Assembly: GCA_048213135.1 (NCBI GenBank)
Contig: PS015054.1
Span: forward strand, 133,812 to 197,811
Length of the DNA stretch: 64,000 nucleotides
Reading direction: 5' to 3'
Source of the DNA: Reclinomonas americana ATCC 50394
Lineage: Eukaryota
In this document: one piece after another, positions 48,921-62,400 of the stretch
How the letters are laid out: each line of letters begins with the position of its first letter
How positions within the stretch are numbered: the first letter of the stretch is position 1
Made by a program: the position numbers and the translations under genes
Notes under the pieces: generated by a model
Database searches by the model: none
Told to the model about the DNA's origin: nothing
Seen by the model: only the letters and a program-made list of their open reading frames with translations

Positions 48921-51896
48921 ATGCGACTGTCGTTGGATGATGTTGTGCCGGGTGCATCGCGGTGCGTGTGTGTGCTGGAGAGTGTGTGTGTGTGTGCCGA
49001 AGGGAGCTGATCTTCCGCGTGTGTCAGAACGATTGCCGATCAGGTGTTCACGTGCCCCGTGTGCCTCGACCTCGTGCAGGAGCCGTTTGTGTTGTGCCCG
49101 ACGCAGGTGAGGGCGGCAGTTTGTCGGTTTGTGTGCGTGGCGCTGCTCTCATGATGAATGATCTTTTTTTCACAGCAACATGTGATTTGCCGAGGTTTGC
49201 TCCGCGCCTCTCTCTCTTTCTCGCACGCTCGCTCCGTTGTAGTGCTGACACTGCCCTTGTAGATCACGTGCTGCACAGCGATGAGCAAGCGTGGGACGTG
49301 CGTGATCAGCACTCGCAGCGTCGCAACTGGTGCGGATGCGGCGTCGGTCAGGTGTCGCTGGAGGAGTCGGCTGTGCCGCCACTCATCGCCCGACAGTATG
49401 CCAACTTGCTGGTGAGGTGCCCGCGGCGCAACGAGCCGGAAGCCGGCAGTGGATGTACATTTGAGGGACCACTGCGCGAGTTTTGGAACAGTCATCGGCG
49501 ACTCGAGGATCACGATGATGGTGAGTGCTCGAGGTGGTGGTGGTGGGACTGGCGGCTCTGCTTTGGAGGGATGTGCCTGTGTTCAATCTACCACCTCTCT
49601 CTCTACGTGTGCAGTGGAGTTTGAGTGCCCGGTCTGTCAGTTGTCGTGCCCGGTGTCGCCGACGTATTGCACGTGGAGTGTGCGCGTGAATCGGGGCGCC
49701 GAGCGCGAAGAAGCACTGTCGACGCACGCGGCCTCGTGCCCGTTCCGCCAGGTGGAAGTCGATCTGCAGCAACTGCGCAGCGAGGTGCGGTGATCCTCGC
49801 TCCTGTCTCCTGCTGCTGCCTGTCTCTCTTCCTCAAAACACGATGGGTGCAGATGCACGATTTGCAAGTGCAATGGAGCGCCGCCGAGAAGGGTCACCAA
49901 GCGCGACTGACGCTGATTGAGCGGCAGCAGGCACAGCTGGCAATGATGTACGCACAACTCGATCGTGAGCAAGGCATGCGACTGTCGCTTCAACGCGAAC
50001 TGGGAGCTCTCCATCACCATCACCACCTCCACCAGCAACACCAGCAACACCAGCAGCACCAGCAACACCAGGAACAGCAACATCTGTTGCAGCAGCAGCG
50101 CGACTATCGCGGAATGGCGTATGCTCACGACGACGGCAGTGATCTGGAAGAGTGCATTGTGTGGCATCAGCACCGAGTGACAGGTGAGGAATGGAGAAGG
50201 AGAAGTCGAGAGATGAGGGAGAATTGTTTATCGAATACTTGCTGCAGCTCCACGCGGCTCCGCCATTGTGTTTGTCGCTCCAGCCACTCCGCCGCCAGCA
50301 GTTTCCGCAGCAGCAGCAGCTGCGGCGGCGGCTGCAGCAGCGGCGGCTGTTACTGCCTCGTCTCGACCATCGCCCAGGGAACGAGGGCAGTCGGCGGCGG
50401 CGGCGGCCACGGTTACCGCGGCCCTCGACACGGATCTGGAGCTGGGCATTGCTCGCAACTGGTCGCAAACACTTGCAGGCCCAAGTCGCCAGTCGCTGCG
50501 TTTCGCCCGCACCTCTGGTGCACTTATTGCTCCGCTGTTGCCGGCCGAGTGGACAGCGCTGCTCGAATCGTTGTGTTTTTTCTCGGACTGCGCCGCAGTT
50601 CACTGCTGTTGCTCACTCTGCCCCCTCATCCACGTCCACATAGTCTTCACATGCGGTCGCCATCCTCTTCCTCTTCTCCCTCGTCGTCATCAGCCTTGTC
50701 GTCGTCGTCGTCATCGTCGTCGTCGAGTTCTTCCGAAAACACCGCCCTCCGGGCCTTGCAACGGTGGTTCATTCCGGCGTCTGTTTCTGTGCGCGTGGTG
50801 GACGCACGCACTGATTTGTTTGACGGCGCACCACCGTCGACCATCGACGACATGTTTGGTCTGAAGGGAAGCGCGGAGATCTTTGAGAGTTGCGCACTTG
50901 CAGCAGCCTCGCTCGCCATATCCCCTCTGTGCTCACATTCGAGTGCAGGTCGCGGTGGACGCAGTGTGCTCGTTCCTCGCGATGCTGTTGACCTCGGGTG
51001 GGCGTTTGGCTGTCGGGCCACCGATCGCTTCTCTGTGGTGCGTCTCGTGGCACGTTGCATGCAGCATTCTGAGGAAGGGGGAGACACTCACGACATATAT
51101 TGCAGGTGGACTCGGGCGACGGATCGCTGCTGTCATCAGTGGTCCACATGCTGCTGCGCGGCGTGCACCAGCGCGCTGTAGACGACGGCGACGAGAGTGG
51201 GAGCGATCGGCAAGACGAGTGCGTTGTCGCTCTCCCACACGGCATCAATGCATTCGATCCGATGACGTGCTCTCGTGAGTACGCTCCCTCCATGCGCTCA
51301 CCCATCACCTCCGCGTGGACGCTCGTGTTTGGCGACTCCGTGCGCTCACTTCGACGCTTCGGCGAGGAGCAGTACGCCCAAGTCAGGGTTCGCAGTCACC
51401 ACCATAAGTGTCATCGACGATGACATGCTGACGCGTGCACACACACACAGAGTCTACCGCCACTGGCGCGCGAGAGTCACATGCGCCACTACTTCACCAA
51501 GCACTACTTCCAGCGTCGTGCCAGGTGCGTCAGCAGCTGCTGTCACTGAATCAATCGCTACGCACTCATCTCTCCGTCGACAGTCATCATCGTCGCGTCT
51601 TCATCGCCCTCGGCAGCGCCGCGATCCACGCCATCTTCCATCGCCTTCTCGACAGCAACCACGACAACAGCAACGATGGCGACGACGGCGACGACGATGC
51701 GGACGATCGGCGTGACATGGACACGGACGATGAGCGATCGACTTGTTCGTTGCATGGAACGGTCGTCGTGTGCGCTCCTTTCGATACGGCCGACTTTTTC
51801 CGGCAAAGCCGTGGCGCGTTGTCGCCGTCGGCAGAGCAGCTCGTCGACGCCTATCGCTTCTTTGCGCGACTTTTGTTGCCAGTGATTGAAAAATGA
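48921..51896 (+). CDS. RING plus TRAF-type zinc fingers, coiled coil, and an unassigned C-terminal domain; about 11 exons
   Basis: FTCPVCLDLVQEPFVLCPTQQHVICRDH...WCGC (RING-like), LLVRCP...GCTFEG and THAASCPF (TRAF/Sina-type fingers), followed by a Q/H-rich coiled coil. Confidence 0.7.
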
Positions 51897-52437
51897 AATT
51901 TTGTGAATCGTTCCCTCAATTTGGTTGGGGTTATCCTTGCGCGTGCTCTGCGTCGGTGTCTTTCTGGTGAGTGCGTACGGCCTAGCGTACGCCTACATAC
52001 ACACGCATACGTTCACAGAGAGTTGCATGCACGTTTGTCATGTTCGCGAGTGTGTGTGAATCAGAGTAGTGGCGCGTGCGTGCGTGTGCTTTCGCCACAT
52101 GCAACTCGTGTGTGTACGAACATGTGTGTGTATGTCTGTATGCGCGTGTGTGCGGGCGAGTGCAGGAGTGGGCGTTGTTGTTGTGTGCGTGCGTGTTGGT
52201 GTGTAACGAATCTGCGCGCCATCAGCCATCACTTCTTCGTTTTCTTTTTTGCACGTTGTCCACGCGTTGTCGCGTGTTGCACGGTTGTCTTCTGTGTCTG
52301 TGTGTGCATGTACGCACGCACATTGAGAGAGAAAGAGAGAAGTGTGTGCAGTTGTTTTTTGGTTGACGTGTGAATCGCAAGACCGAATCGTCGCTGATTG
52401 CATTCAACACAGAGAAAAAAGTAACGACAACAGCAGC

Positions 52438-55400
52438 ATGTCGGCGGTGGGACGCTCGCGAGGTGCGTCATGCGTCTCACTCGTCGCTCATGCACACTTT
52501 GCCTCAAAAATTTGTGTGTGTGTGTTGTCGTGCAGTTGCCAGTGGCACCACAAGCAAGCGTGCCGCACGAAAGTTGCGCCATGCACGCTCTCTCTCCACG
52601 CACGCGCACACGCACGTGTCTTGCCATTGTTGCTGACGCCCTCTCCCCCCTCCTCTCTCTCCTCTGTGACACAGTGGCGAGGCAGCACAGCAAGCCGCGC
52701 GACCGAGCCGTAACGGCGCGGCGGCGGCTGCAGCTGCCAATACGTATGAGGACGACGAGGGATTGAGTGACGAGGATGAGGGTTCACCGCAACGCAGCCC
52801 GCCACAACACGCCGTGCGGCGGCCGGGCAGCGCCACACGCCAGAACGTGGGCTCGTCGGGTGTGGGCAGCGGGTGCGTGACATGTCTCTCTCCCTGCGCG
52901 TGTGTGTGTTTCCCGCCCTCTCATTCTCGTAATTCGCAGACGCAAAGGTGCTGCTTCGGCGGCGGCGGCGTCGGCACAACGACCCGAGTCTGCATCGTCG
53001 GAGTCGCGCACACCGCGTCTGTACCGTGTGCACACGCCGGTGGCGTTCTCGGAGGAGAGCTTTGCCGACGACTTTTCGTACATCACCAGCGGCGCGGCTC
53101 ACCGACCGTCGAAGCTCGACTTTGAGACCATCAAGCCTGTCGATGGACGTGTCACGTTGAACGGCAGGAGGTGTGTGACTGTTGTCGTGTGTGCTTGTCG
53201 GGAGAGAGTGTGCTGATTTTTTGTGGACGACGTACAGCATCAAGCAGTTTGGCGAAGTCGTGCAGCTGAAGCGCGTGCTCTACCTGTACCTGCGCGACAA
53301 CCTCATCAACTCGTTCTTCGACATTGTGCTGTACCCGAAGCTCAAGATCTTGGATCTGTCGGGCAACCACATCGAGTCGTTCGACTCGTTCCCGTCGCTG
53401 CCGAATCTGCGCCAGCTGTACATGGACAGCAACTGCCTGGAGAACCTCAATGGCCTGCCGCCGCTGCGCCGCCTCGAGGTGCTCTCGCTGTCGCACAACT
53501 TTTTGCAGGACTTTGAGGTTGGTCGCTCGCCACCGGCCCCTCCCCGTCTCCTCCCACGCTAATCGACAAAAATAACAGGGCTTCCCCGACCTGCCGTCGC
53601 TGTCGGTCATCGCCTTTGGTCACAACCGCATCAAGTCGCTGCGCGGATTCCCGTTGTCGCGCAACCTGACCACGGCATTTGTTGCCGGCAACCCGATCTG
53701 CGAGCAGATGAAGCACTGGCGCATTGCGTTGATGATTGCCGCCGGCCCGTCTCTGAAGCGCATCGACGACACCGATGTCAGCGAAGAGGAGCTCGCCACC
53801 TTCCAGCAGGTTGGTCTCTCTCTCTCTCTCTCTCTCTTTCACGTCTATTTGGTCATACTCACGATGTCTGCTCCACTCGCGCAGTTGGGTGCCAAGGCAC
53901 AGTACTGCATCCGCGAGGGCATGGCACTGCCGGACGAGTTCGGCAATGAGCTGGAGGAGCAGATGACGGAGTACTTGGAGCAGGTGCAGCGTGAGCGCAC
54001 CGAGCACCGCTCGGTGTACGTCACCACGTCCCGCTTCTTGCACGATCCGCGCCCGTTCCCGCTGCCGCACAATGAGAACTTGCACCGCGAGGGCGACGAC
54101 ATTGTGTTCAACCTGGCCATGGTGCACAACAACTTGGAGGAGCGCGAGTTCTACTCGTCGCATGTGCAGAGCATCTCCATCACGTACGCCGGACAGGCGA
54201 CCAGCGTGGCGGTGTTTGGCACCTTCAACCAGTTTAGCGAGGGTCTTCCGCTCATCCGCACCGGCGACGACACCTGGGCTGCTGTGCTGTACCTGACGCC
54301 TGGCACCTACTACTACTACTTTATGGTCGACGAGGATCAGCGCACGCTGGACTACGGCCGTGAGTCGATGCGCCTGCCGGAGGAGCTGGCCGTCAATGGT
54401 GACCGCCCCGCGTGCCACAAGATCGACGTCGAGTTCATTGCGGAGACCATGCAAGGTACGCCATTTTTTCTCTTTTGTTTGCATACACACAGCCAGGGCC
54501 TTCTCCTCATCGACGTATGACAGGCGACCAATCGTTTGGTGCTGAGCGCGGTCTCGGCTACTTTGCCTTTGAGTGGTACCGCTCGGACGACGAGCTGCAG
54601 TTTGTGCGCATTGCCGACTGCGAGAGCTCGCCGGTGTACACGTTCCGCCACGAGGACATTGGTCGCTGGATCATGGGCAAGTGCGTTCCGTTTGATGTGG
54701 AAGGCCGCCCACACAATGCGGCGATTGCCATTTCGCGTCGTGTGGACCCAGGTCAGTCTCACAGTGCCGGCGGCATGTATGTATGTTGCATGATTGCTAA
54801 CAGCACCCTTTCCCCCTCTTTGTGTGTGTAGGTCTCCCCGAGTGCATCTCGGTGCGCGTGGACAACCTGTCGGTCGTTGACCCGGCCACTGGCTTCTCGT
54901 ACAACAAGCGCCGCACGGCGTCTGACGAGCCGCGCGAGGGTGACACTGTTGGTGTCTTCTCCGAGTACTTTGGTGGCCTGGAGGGCGACTCGCTGATCCG
55001 CTGGTACCGCATGGAGCACGACGGCTCGGTGAGGCTTTGTGTGTGGAATATAGCTCTTTCTTGTTTGTCGACGTCGCCACTCACACTTGCGCAGGAGACA
55101 CTGGTGTCGGAGGAGAGTGACCACGTGCTGATGTTTGACGACGTGGGCCACCGCTACCGCGTCGAGTTCATCCCCGTGCGCGACGACGGCACCCACGGAG
55201 CACCGCGCGACACGTCGTTCTTTGTTGGCCCGGCTGCACCGCGCATCCAGAACCTCCAGCTTGTCGGCGACTTGGTCGAGAACTCGGAGATTGCGCTGCA
55301 GTACGACTACTTTGGCGGTGTGGAGGGCGAGAGTCTGTTCTGGTGGTACCGCCAGAAGCAGATTAATGCCGGCGACACCAATGGTGGATACGAGTGCCGC

Positions 55401-58400
55401 GCCTTTGGCCGCTCGGCTCGCTACGCTCTCACTGTCGACGATGTGGGCTGCCGCATCATGGCTGTCTGCAAGCCGCAGAACAGTGAAGGTTTGCTTCGTG
55501 TTTGTGGATATATATATATGTTGCGTGGTGGATTCCTTGTTCCTCACGCCCTCATTTTTTGCTTTTTCACAGGCATGTACGGTCCGATTTGCATGTGCGT
55601 GAGCGAGGTGCCGGTGGCACCCGACATGCCGGTGCTGCAAGACCTGCAGATGCTCGGCGAGTGCATGGAGGGCCGCTCTCTCTGGATGGAGTACGTCTAC
55701 AAGGGTGGTCGCGAGGGCAACACTCGCTTCCAGTGGTGCCACGTGGAGAATGGCGGTGCCGACTGGGTGCCGATTGAGGGTGCCACCGATCGGGTGCGTC
55801 TCCGTCAGTCTCTTCCTTCCCCTGTCCGCTGCGTCTGCTCATGCTCTCTTTCTTCCTTTCCTCCGCCGCCCGCCAGACGTACACACCGACCGCGAGCGAC
55901 GTCAACAAGGTGATGGGTGTGCGTGTGGTCGCCGTCCGTGACGACGGTGCGCAGGGCGACGCCATGTACGGCGTCTCGTCGGAGATCCCGGTGTCGGGTG
56001 GTGTGCCGGAGGTGGTCTCGATGAACGTCGAGGGCGAGTGGGTGGAGGGCGCCACTGTGCGCATCTTGCACACGTACCGCGGCGGCAACGAGGGCAACTC
56101 GATGTACCGCTGGGGACGCATGGTTCGTCGCCGTCATATGAGTGTGAGCGCACAGCGATGGACTGGCGCCTCATTCTCTCTTGTCTTCGCAGCGCTTGGT
56201 GCCGGGTGCGCAGGAGGTGGTCGACCCGATTCCGAGTGTCGGCGACTTCTCACCCGACAACTACTTGTACCGCCTCACACTCGAGGATGTCGGCAAGTCG
56301 ATCACTGTCGAGTGCAAGCCGGTGCGCGAGGATGGTGCCACGGGCACCATCATGGCCGTGGAGAGCCCAGTGCCAGTGCAGCCGGGCGAGCCGTCCATCC
56401 GCAACTTGGCTATCTCTGGCGAGTTGAAGGAGGGCAGCGAGCTGTCGTGCTCCTACAACTACTGGGGCGGCTACGAGGGCAACTCCAAGTTCCAGTGGAA
56501 GAGAGTTGAGTGCTCTCTCTCTTTGTGGTGTGCATGCTTCTTTGTGGTCAGTTGCTGACGACTCTTGCGCGTCACACACACAGATCAGGGGCGGCCGTGA
56601 GCAGAGCATTGGCGGTGCCACTCGTCGCAAGTACAAGATCACCTCGGAGGATGCCGACGCCATTCTGGCCGTGTCTGTGTGCCCAGTGCGCTCTGACGGC
56701 CGTGAGGGCGAGTGGGCGACTGCACAGCTTGACGCCAGCGTGAAGATCGAGGCGGCACCACCATCGGGCTCCATTGTGTACCTGAACGACGCCGCTCGCG
56801 AGGGTGACATGCTGCAGCCGGAGACCGATTACGAGGGCGGTGCGGAGGGTCGCCACATTTTCCAGTGGTTCCGTCGCACCGGTGCTGGCGGCAACCCCGT
56901 GCGTGTGGCCGACACCAAGGACTACCGTGTCACCACTGACGACGTTGGCGCCGACCTCATCTTCCAGTACACCCCAGTGCGCAGCGACGGTCGTCGCGGC
57001 CAGATGGTGTCGGAGACCATTCGCAACATTGAGCCTTGTTGCGTCTTGTCGCGGAATGGGATTGTTTCTGTGTTTAGCAAGGAGGACGCTGAACTCTGTC
57101 TTGTTTGCACACAGCACACCCGGTTATCCACGACCTGCGCGTGGTGGGCGACACATCAGAAGGCGGTATTCTCCGCGCCCAAGCCTCATATCATGGTGGT
57201 GAGTCGCAGCTCCACATTTCCGCCGTTGTCTTTTTATCAATTGTTCACTCTTGTGCTGCTGCTACAGGCGTGGAGAAGAACTCGACAATCAGGTGGTTCC
57301 GCGTCGAGGGCTCTCGACGGACGTTGGTCGGCGAAGGCCGGTGAGTTGATGTGCAGTGACCACACTCTATTTTTCCGTCAATGACTGTCGTTCTCACTGA
57401 ACCACACAGCGAGTACCATGTGGTACTGGACGATTTGGGCACCACCATCGAGTGCGAGTACACTCCGCGGAGAAGCGACGGCAAGACTGGCGAGCCCAAG
57501 GTTTGCGAGTGTGTGTGTGACTTGGGCGGCGTGTTTTGTCCACAGCACTCACGATGCCTGCCACGCAGCGCACCTCCATTGGTCCGATTGCTGCGCCGCA
57601 GCCTGTTGCCTCTCAGGTGCGCCTCGCCGGCCAAGCGGCCGAGGATGGTGTGCTGAATGGCTCAGCGGTGTATTCGGGTGGTGAGTACGTGGGTGTCTGC
57701 GGTTCGTGTTCATGTGTGATGCTGACTAACGCTATTTATGCGGAACGAACGACAGGTCGCGAGGGACGCAGCCTGCACAAGTGGTACCGTGTGGGTCGCA
57801 ACAATGCACGTACCGAGGTGCAGGGCAACGGCAACTCGTACGCCATTCAGTTGCAAGACATTGGCAACCGCATGATGTACGAGTTCACTCCGGTGAGGAG
57901 CGATGGCGTGGCTGGCGAGCCTGTTGCGGTGCTGTCCGACGTGATTCGCGCTGGACCACCGCGGATTCAGAATGTGCGCCTGACCACGGCTGGTGGCGCT
58001 GCATCGTCGAGTGAGGTACGTTTTTGAGGAACTCTATACGTATGTGCGCTTGCGTGTGTGTGCTAAACAAAACATGCTGTGTTTATCAGTTGATTGTCGG
58101 CGCTGTCGGTCGTGCGTTGACTGTGGTCGGCGACTTTGTCGGTGGCGCACCGGGTCAGCACCAGTACACATGGAAGCGCTCGGTCGATGGCCGGCGGTTT
58201 GATGCGATTCGCGGTGCGACAGCCAACACGTACACACCGACTGCCGATGACGTCAACTGCCTCATCTCGGCCACGATTGTGCCGCGCAACTCGGAGAATG
58301 TGTCTGGCGAGGCCGTCTCCAGCAACGCTGTGTACATCAACATTGATGCCCGCACTCGCGATGCGATTCGCACTGCCATTGTTGAGGGCACCACGATGCT

Positions 58401-59045
58401 GTACGTGTCGGATGCCGGTGCCGAGCGCAAGGTGAGGCTGGCTGGTGGAGAGTGACTTTTTTGTATGATTGTGCGCAATGCTAAACATCCTTCTGCAGAT
58501 TCTGTTGGCTCGCAAGAACATCAAGCTGAAGGAGGGTGGCAGCGGCCGTCGCACGGAGACCAAGGACGTGTGGGGCGAGGCCACTGTGGAGGTGTTGGTG
58601 GATCCGGCGGATGAGAGAACATTTACGCTGCGTCTTCCGGCCCAAAAGGACTCGGGCATTCACCGCATGCAGGCTCGCGATCGCGCCCAGCGTGATTTGG
58701 TGGTGCTCACTGTCCGTGCCTTCTTGGGCTTTGGCTCGGTGAGTGAGAGGTGGAAACAAGCAGAAGAAAAAAGACAAGTGCCCCCTGGCTCACATTTGCG
58801 TGCATTTTTTGTTTTTTGCGTAGGATGCGTTGGACACGGTGCTGAACCGACTCGATGCCGGCAAGACCTGGTCGAATGCAAGGTCGGCCAACGTGGCGCA
58901 GGCTCTGACGGCCGAGATTTTCCCCGATGCCCGCGGTGCGTCTGCCAAGGTCACCACCACCCCGCTGACTTTTGCTGGCAAGTCCGAGAGCTGGATTCTC
59001 GCCGTCAAGCTTCTCAAGAACCTGCAGGACACAGTGCCTGTTTAA
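52438..59045 (+). CDS. AIR9: AIR9-like microtubule-associated protein: basic/Ser-rich N-terminus, LRRs, CBM48-like module, about 10 A9 Ig-like repeats, C-terminal domain; about 22 exons
   Basis: LRRs (LYLRDNLI, LDLSGNHI, LSLSHNFL) and an LRR cap, repeated A9 motifs Y.GG.EG.S...W.R...Y..T.DDVG......PVR.DG..G, and C-terminal AQRDLVVLTVRAF. Confidence 0.85.
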
Positions 59046-59357
59046 ACAGAGGCGCAGACCATGTCTGCTGCTTGGCACGTGCTGTGTGTCTGGAATGGTG
59101 CTTTGGTCTGTGTGTGTGTGTGCGTGCTCTTTGTCGCCATGTTTTGTTTTCTGAGGGGCCGTCGCCTGCGACAACCTCTCTTCTCTCTCCCTCTTTTGCA
59201 AGAAAATTTGAGCGGGTATCTCAGTCGCTCGTCTCCCTTTTGTCTCTTTTTTCCTGGCGATGTCAGTACAGAATCGTGCGTTTTATCACCACTGCTCTCT
59301 CTACTTGCACGACTGCACTTCATTGTCGCCATTTTGCGCGCGCACGCGAGTGTCGAA

Positions 59358-59404
59358 TCAAAACACAGGTCGGCCACCACTTGCCCCTCCTCCGGCGTAG
59401 TATC

Positions 59405-59438
<34 letters not shown>

Positions 59439-62400
59439 TTGTTGCGCAACTGTCATCGAAGAGGATGCGGGGCGGTGATGTTGCTGAAAGTATTGCGGTG
59501 GCGGATCTTGAGGCGGTGCTGCAGCGTAGTATTGTGAAGCAGCCACATCCGCTGTGGACCACTGTGGCTGTTGCTGGACGTACTGATACTGTGGCGGTGG
59601 TGGATGGTGCTGGTGCTGGTGGTGCTGTTGTTGCTGGTGATGATGGTGCAGTTGTTGCTGCTGCTGCTGCTGTTGTTGTTGCTGCTGTTGTTGCTGTTGA
59701 TCGGCAGCTGCCAAGAGGCCAACCAGATGCTTAATGGCCGCCACACAATCAGTGTGCGCCGCTGTCTGCGTCGGATCCGAGGGCGCGGGCACCGTGCACA
59801 ACGTGTGCAACATGCGCAGCACTCGCTCCGGGCTACCCAACAGAGATAACATGCACACTCAGTAGCTGGTGGGCAGAGCGACATGTGGCATGCGACGAGT
59901 CACGCACCGCAGGTCGTGCAGCAGCGCGGCGTAAACAGTCGGCGGAGTGACGGCACACAGCAGCGACATGGTCAGCAGGGCCGACGAGCATGTTTTCCAG
60001 TCGAATTCGGGCGACATGGTGAGGAGCGAGTGGAAGGCCTCGATTAGAGTGCCGAGGTGGCCAGTGAGAATGCTGATGAGGATGCACGACGAGCTGTACC
60101 ATTCGTGCATCCGCGGTGGGTCGATCTGCGTCAGTCGGAGCTGCTCGTCGTAGCCACGGCGAACCAGAGCGTGCATAACGGCGGCTCCAAACTGTCGACA
60201 AGAGTCAGAAGAAGAGCGCGGGGGGTGGCGACACGACGCGCGGGCACTCAACTCGTCGCTGCAAGACGTAGTTGACGGTGTCTGCATTGGCCCAGGACAG
60301 CACCCGCTGCATAACCAGCACCACTGGTTCCATCTCCAGTTGACCGATGCGCATCACAATGGTCGAGGCCAGTTCGTCGACTGCACTCGCGGCCGTCTGT
60401 TGCAACTGTGGGAGAAGAAGGAGGTGTATGAGATGATGTTGCACAGCCCTCTTTTGCAAAAAGGACGCAACGGAAGCCGAGTAGGCCACAGTCGGCAGCA
60501 TGGAGAAGATACTCTCCACCACGTACATGGACGACGTGGTAACCTGCGCACTGACGGGTGGTGATCCCGCGGGAACCATGACAGGTAGGCCAGAGACGAG
60601 AGACTTGAGCAGCCGGGCACCCTTGGGGATGGTCAACAGTCCACAAAACACGCCCGGTTTGCTTCATGCACACACAACACGTGAGCAGCCGCGACACTGC
60701 GATGCTTGCCACGGACAACGTACTGACCGGCAAATGTCAGCGAGGCACTCTTGCATGAGATGGCCACGGTCCTCCAGCATGGCATCGCTGGCTCACCGCG
60801 CATGAGATCGACACGACGACATACCACGTCAACACAGCGCAGCAGCTCACCGCATTGCAGGGACGACATGGGTGATGGCCGTGTCGATCAAGTGCACATC
60901 GATGAGGCGACTCATGCACTCCTCAATCACCGCCAGCAGTGCCATTCGCGACACTTCCGGACCTTCCTCCTCCGCTGCATCGTCGCGCAGTGGTGAGTAT
61001 TTTTAGGGAAAAGGGGAAGAAGCGAGACAATGCACAGGGAGCGCAACGCTTCACGGCATAGGTCGGGTGAGGAATGTCAATGACCATGCGCGGTGCCTTG
61101 GCCGTCTGCGCCGACACGCGACCGAACATACGCATGCCTGCGACACTGCAAGGTCGGCGACAAGAATACATATCCTGCTGCATTGAATGCACACGTACCG
61201 ACTTCCTTGTCGGATGATTGCGATCCAGAACCGCCAATCGAAGCCGGCGACTCCATGAACAGGCGCGCACACGCAGTCGGTGGAAACACACGCATGTTGC
61301 GTGGATCTGCGACGACCTCTAACTATTGAGTGCACGCCACAGTGGGAAACGGGGCAGGTGAAGACACGAGAGAGACCTCTCCGTGCTGTGACCTCAATGT
61401 CGTAGAACTGATCGAGGTACAGGTCGCGACCAGGCGCGGGATGCGACTGTGAGATGATGGAATCGATCTCCTCCAGTGTCATGAGCGACGGAAGTCCGCC
61501 AAGTCGCCGCACAGCATTCTGTGTCTCCTCGCTGATGGACTTTTCCGGCTGCAGTCGACACAACACACAAGTGAGCGAGTATGCACAAGGTGGCACCCGG
61601 AGGGGAAGCAACAGGTGGCAGACCATGAACTGCTTGGTGCCTTTCTTTTCTGGCGCCGGACCCCTGCCTCCGCTGCCTTGCTGTTGTTGCTGTGGTTGCT
61701 GCTGCTGCTGTGGTGGCTGTGGTGGTTGTGGTGGTGGAATGGGTTGAGGTGGTTGTTGCTGTTGTTGTTGTTGTTGTTGTGTTGGCTGTGGGTGTTGTTG
61801 TGGGGGCTGATGTGGTTGCACGTGTCCGTGCTGCTGGGGGGTGCCTGCGCCAGGAATGGCGATGCCTGTTGTTGCTGATGTGTGTGCCTGAGGGAAGAAG
61901 CGCGCCGACTGCTGCTGGTGCTGCTGAGATTGTTGTTGTGCTTGCTGCTGCTGCTGCAGCGAACCGCTGCGTTGCGGGCGCGGAGACACCTTCTGCATTC
62001 GCGGTCAGCGAAAGTGCACAGAGAAAAACACACCAACAGCGCGTGTACCATTTCGCGCTGCATACGGATCAGTTCAGCGTGGCTGATACGCGCCTCCGGC
62101 TGCAGGGGCGAGTGATTGTGTACACTCTGCGTGCCGCTGCCTGGCGGCGGCAGCGTAACCAGCGGCTGGCCGAGGAACTGTGGGCGGCGTCATGTGAGCA
62201 GCAAGCAAATGCACTCCCAGACATGCACGTGGTTCTCACCTGCGGGCTCTGCATCGCCATCGGCGCGACCATGACGGGCACCGGGGACGGTGGACTACGT
62301 GATGGCACGCCCATGAGCGGCAACGGAGGACCCTGCGCCTGCGACTGTGCGCCCCGCGCAATCGACGACTCCAGGTCGGCGGCCGACACCATCATGGTCG

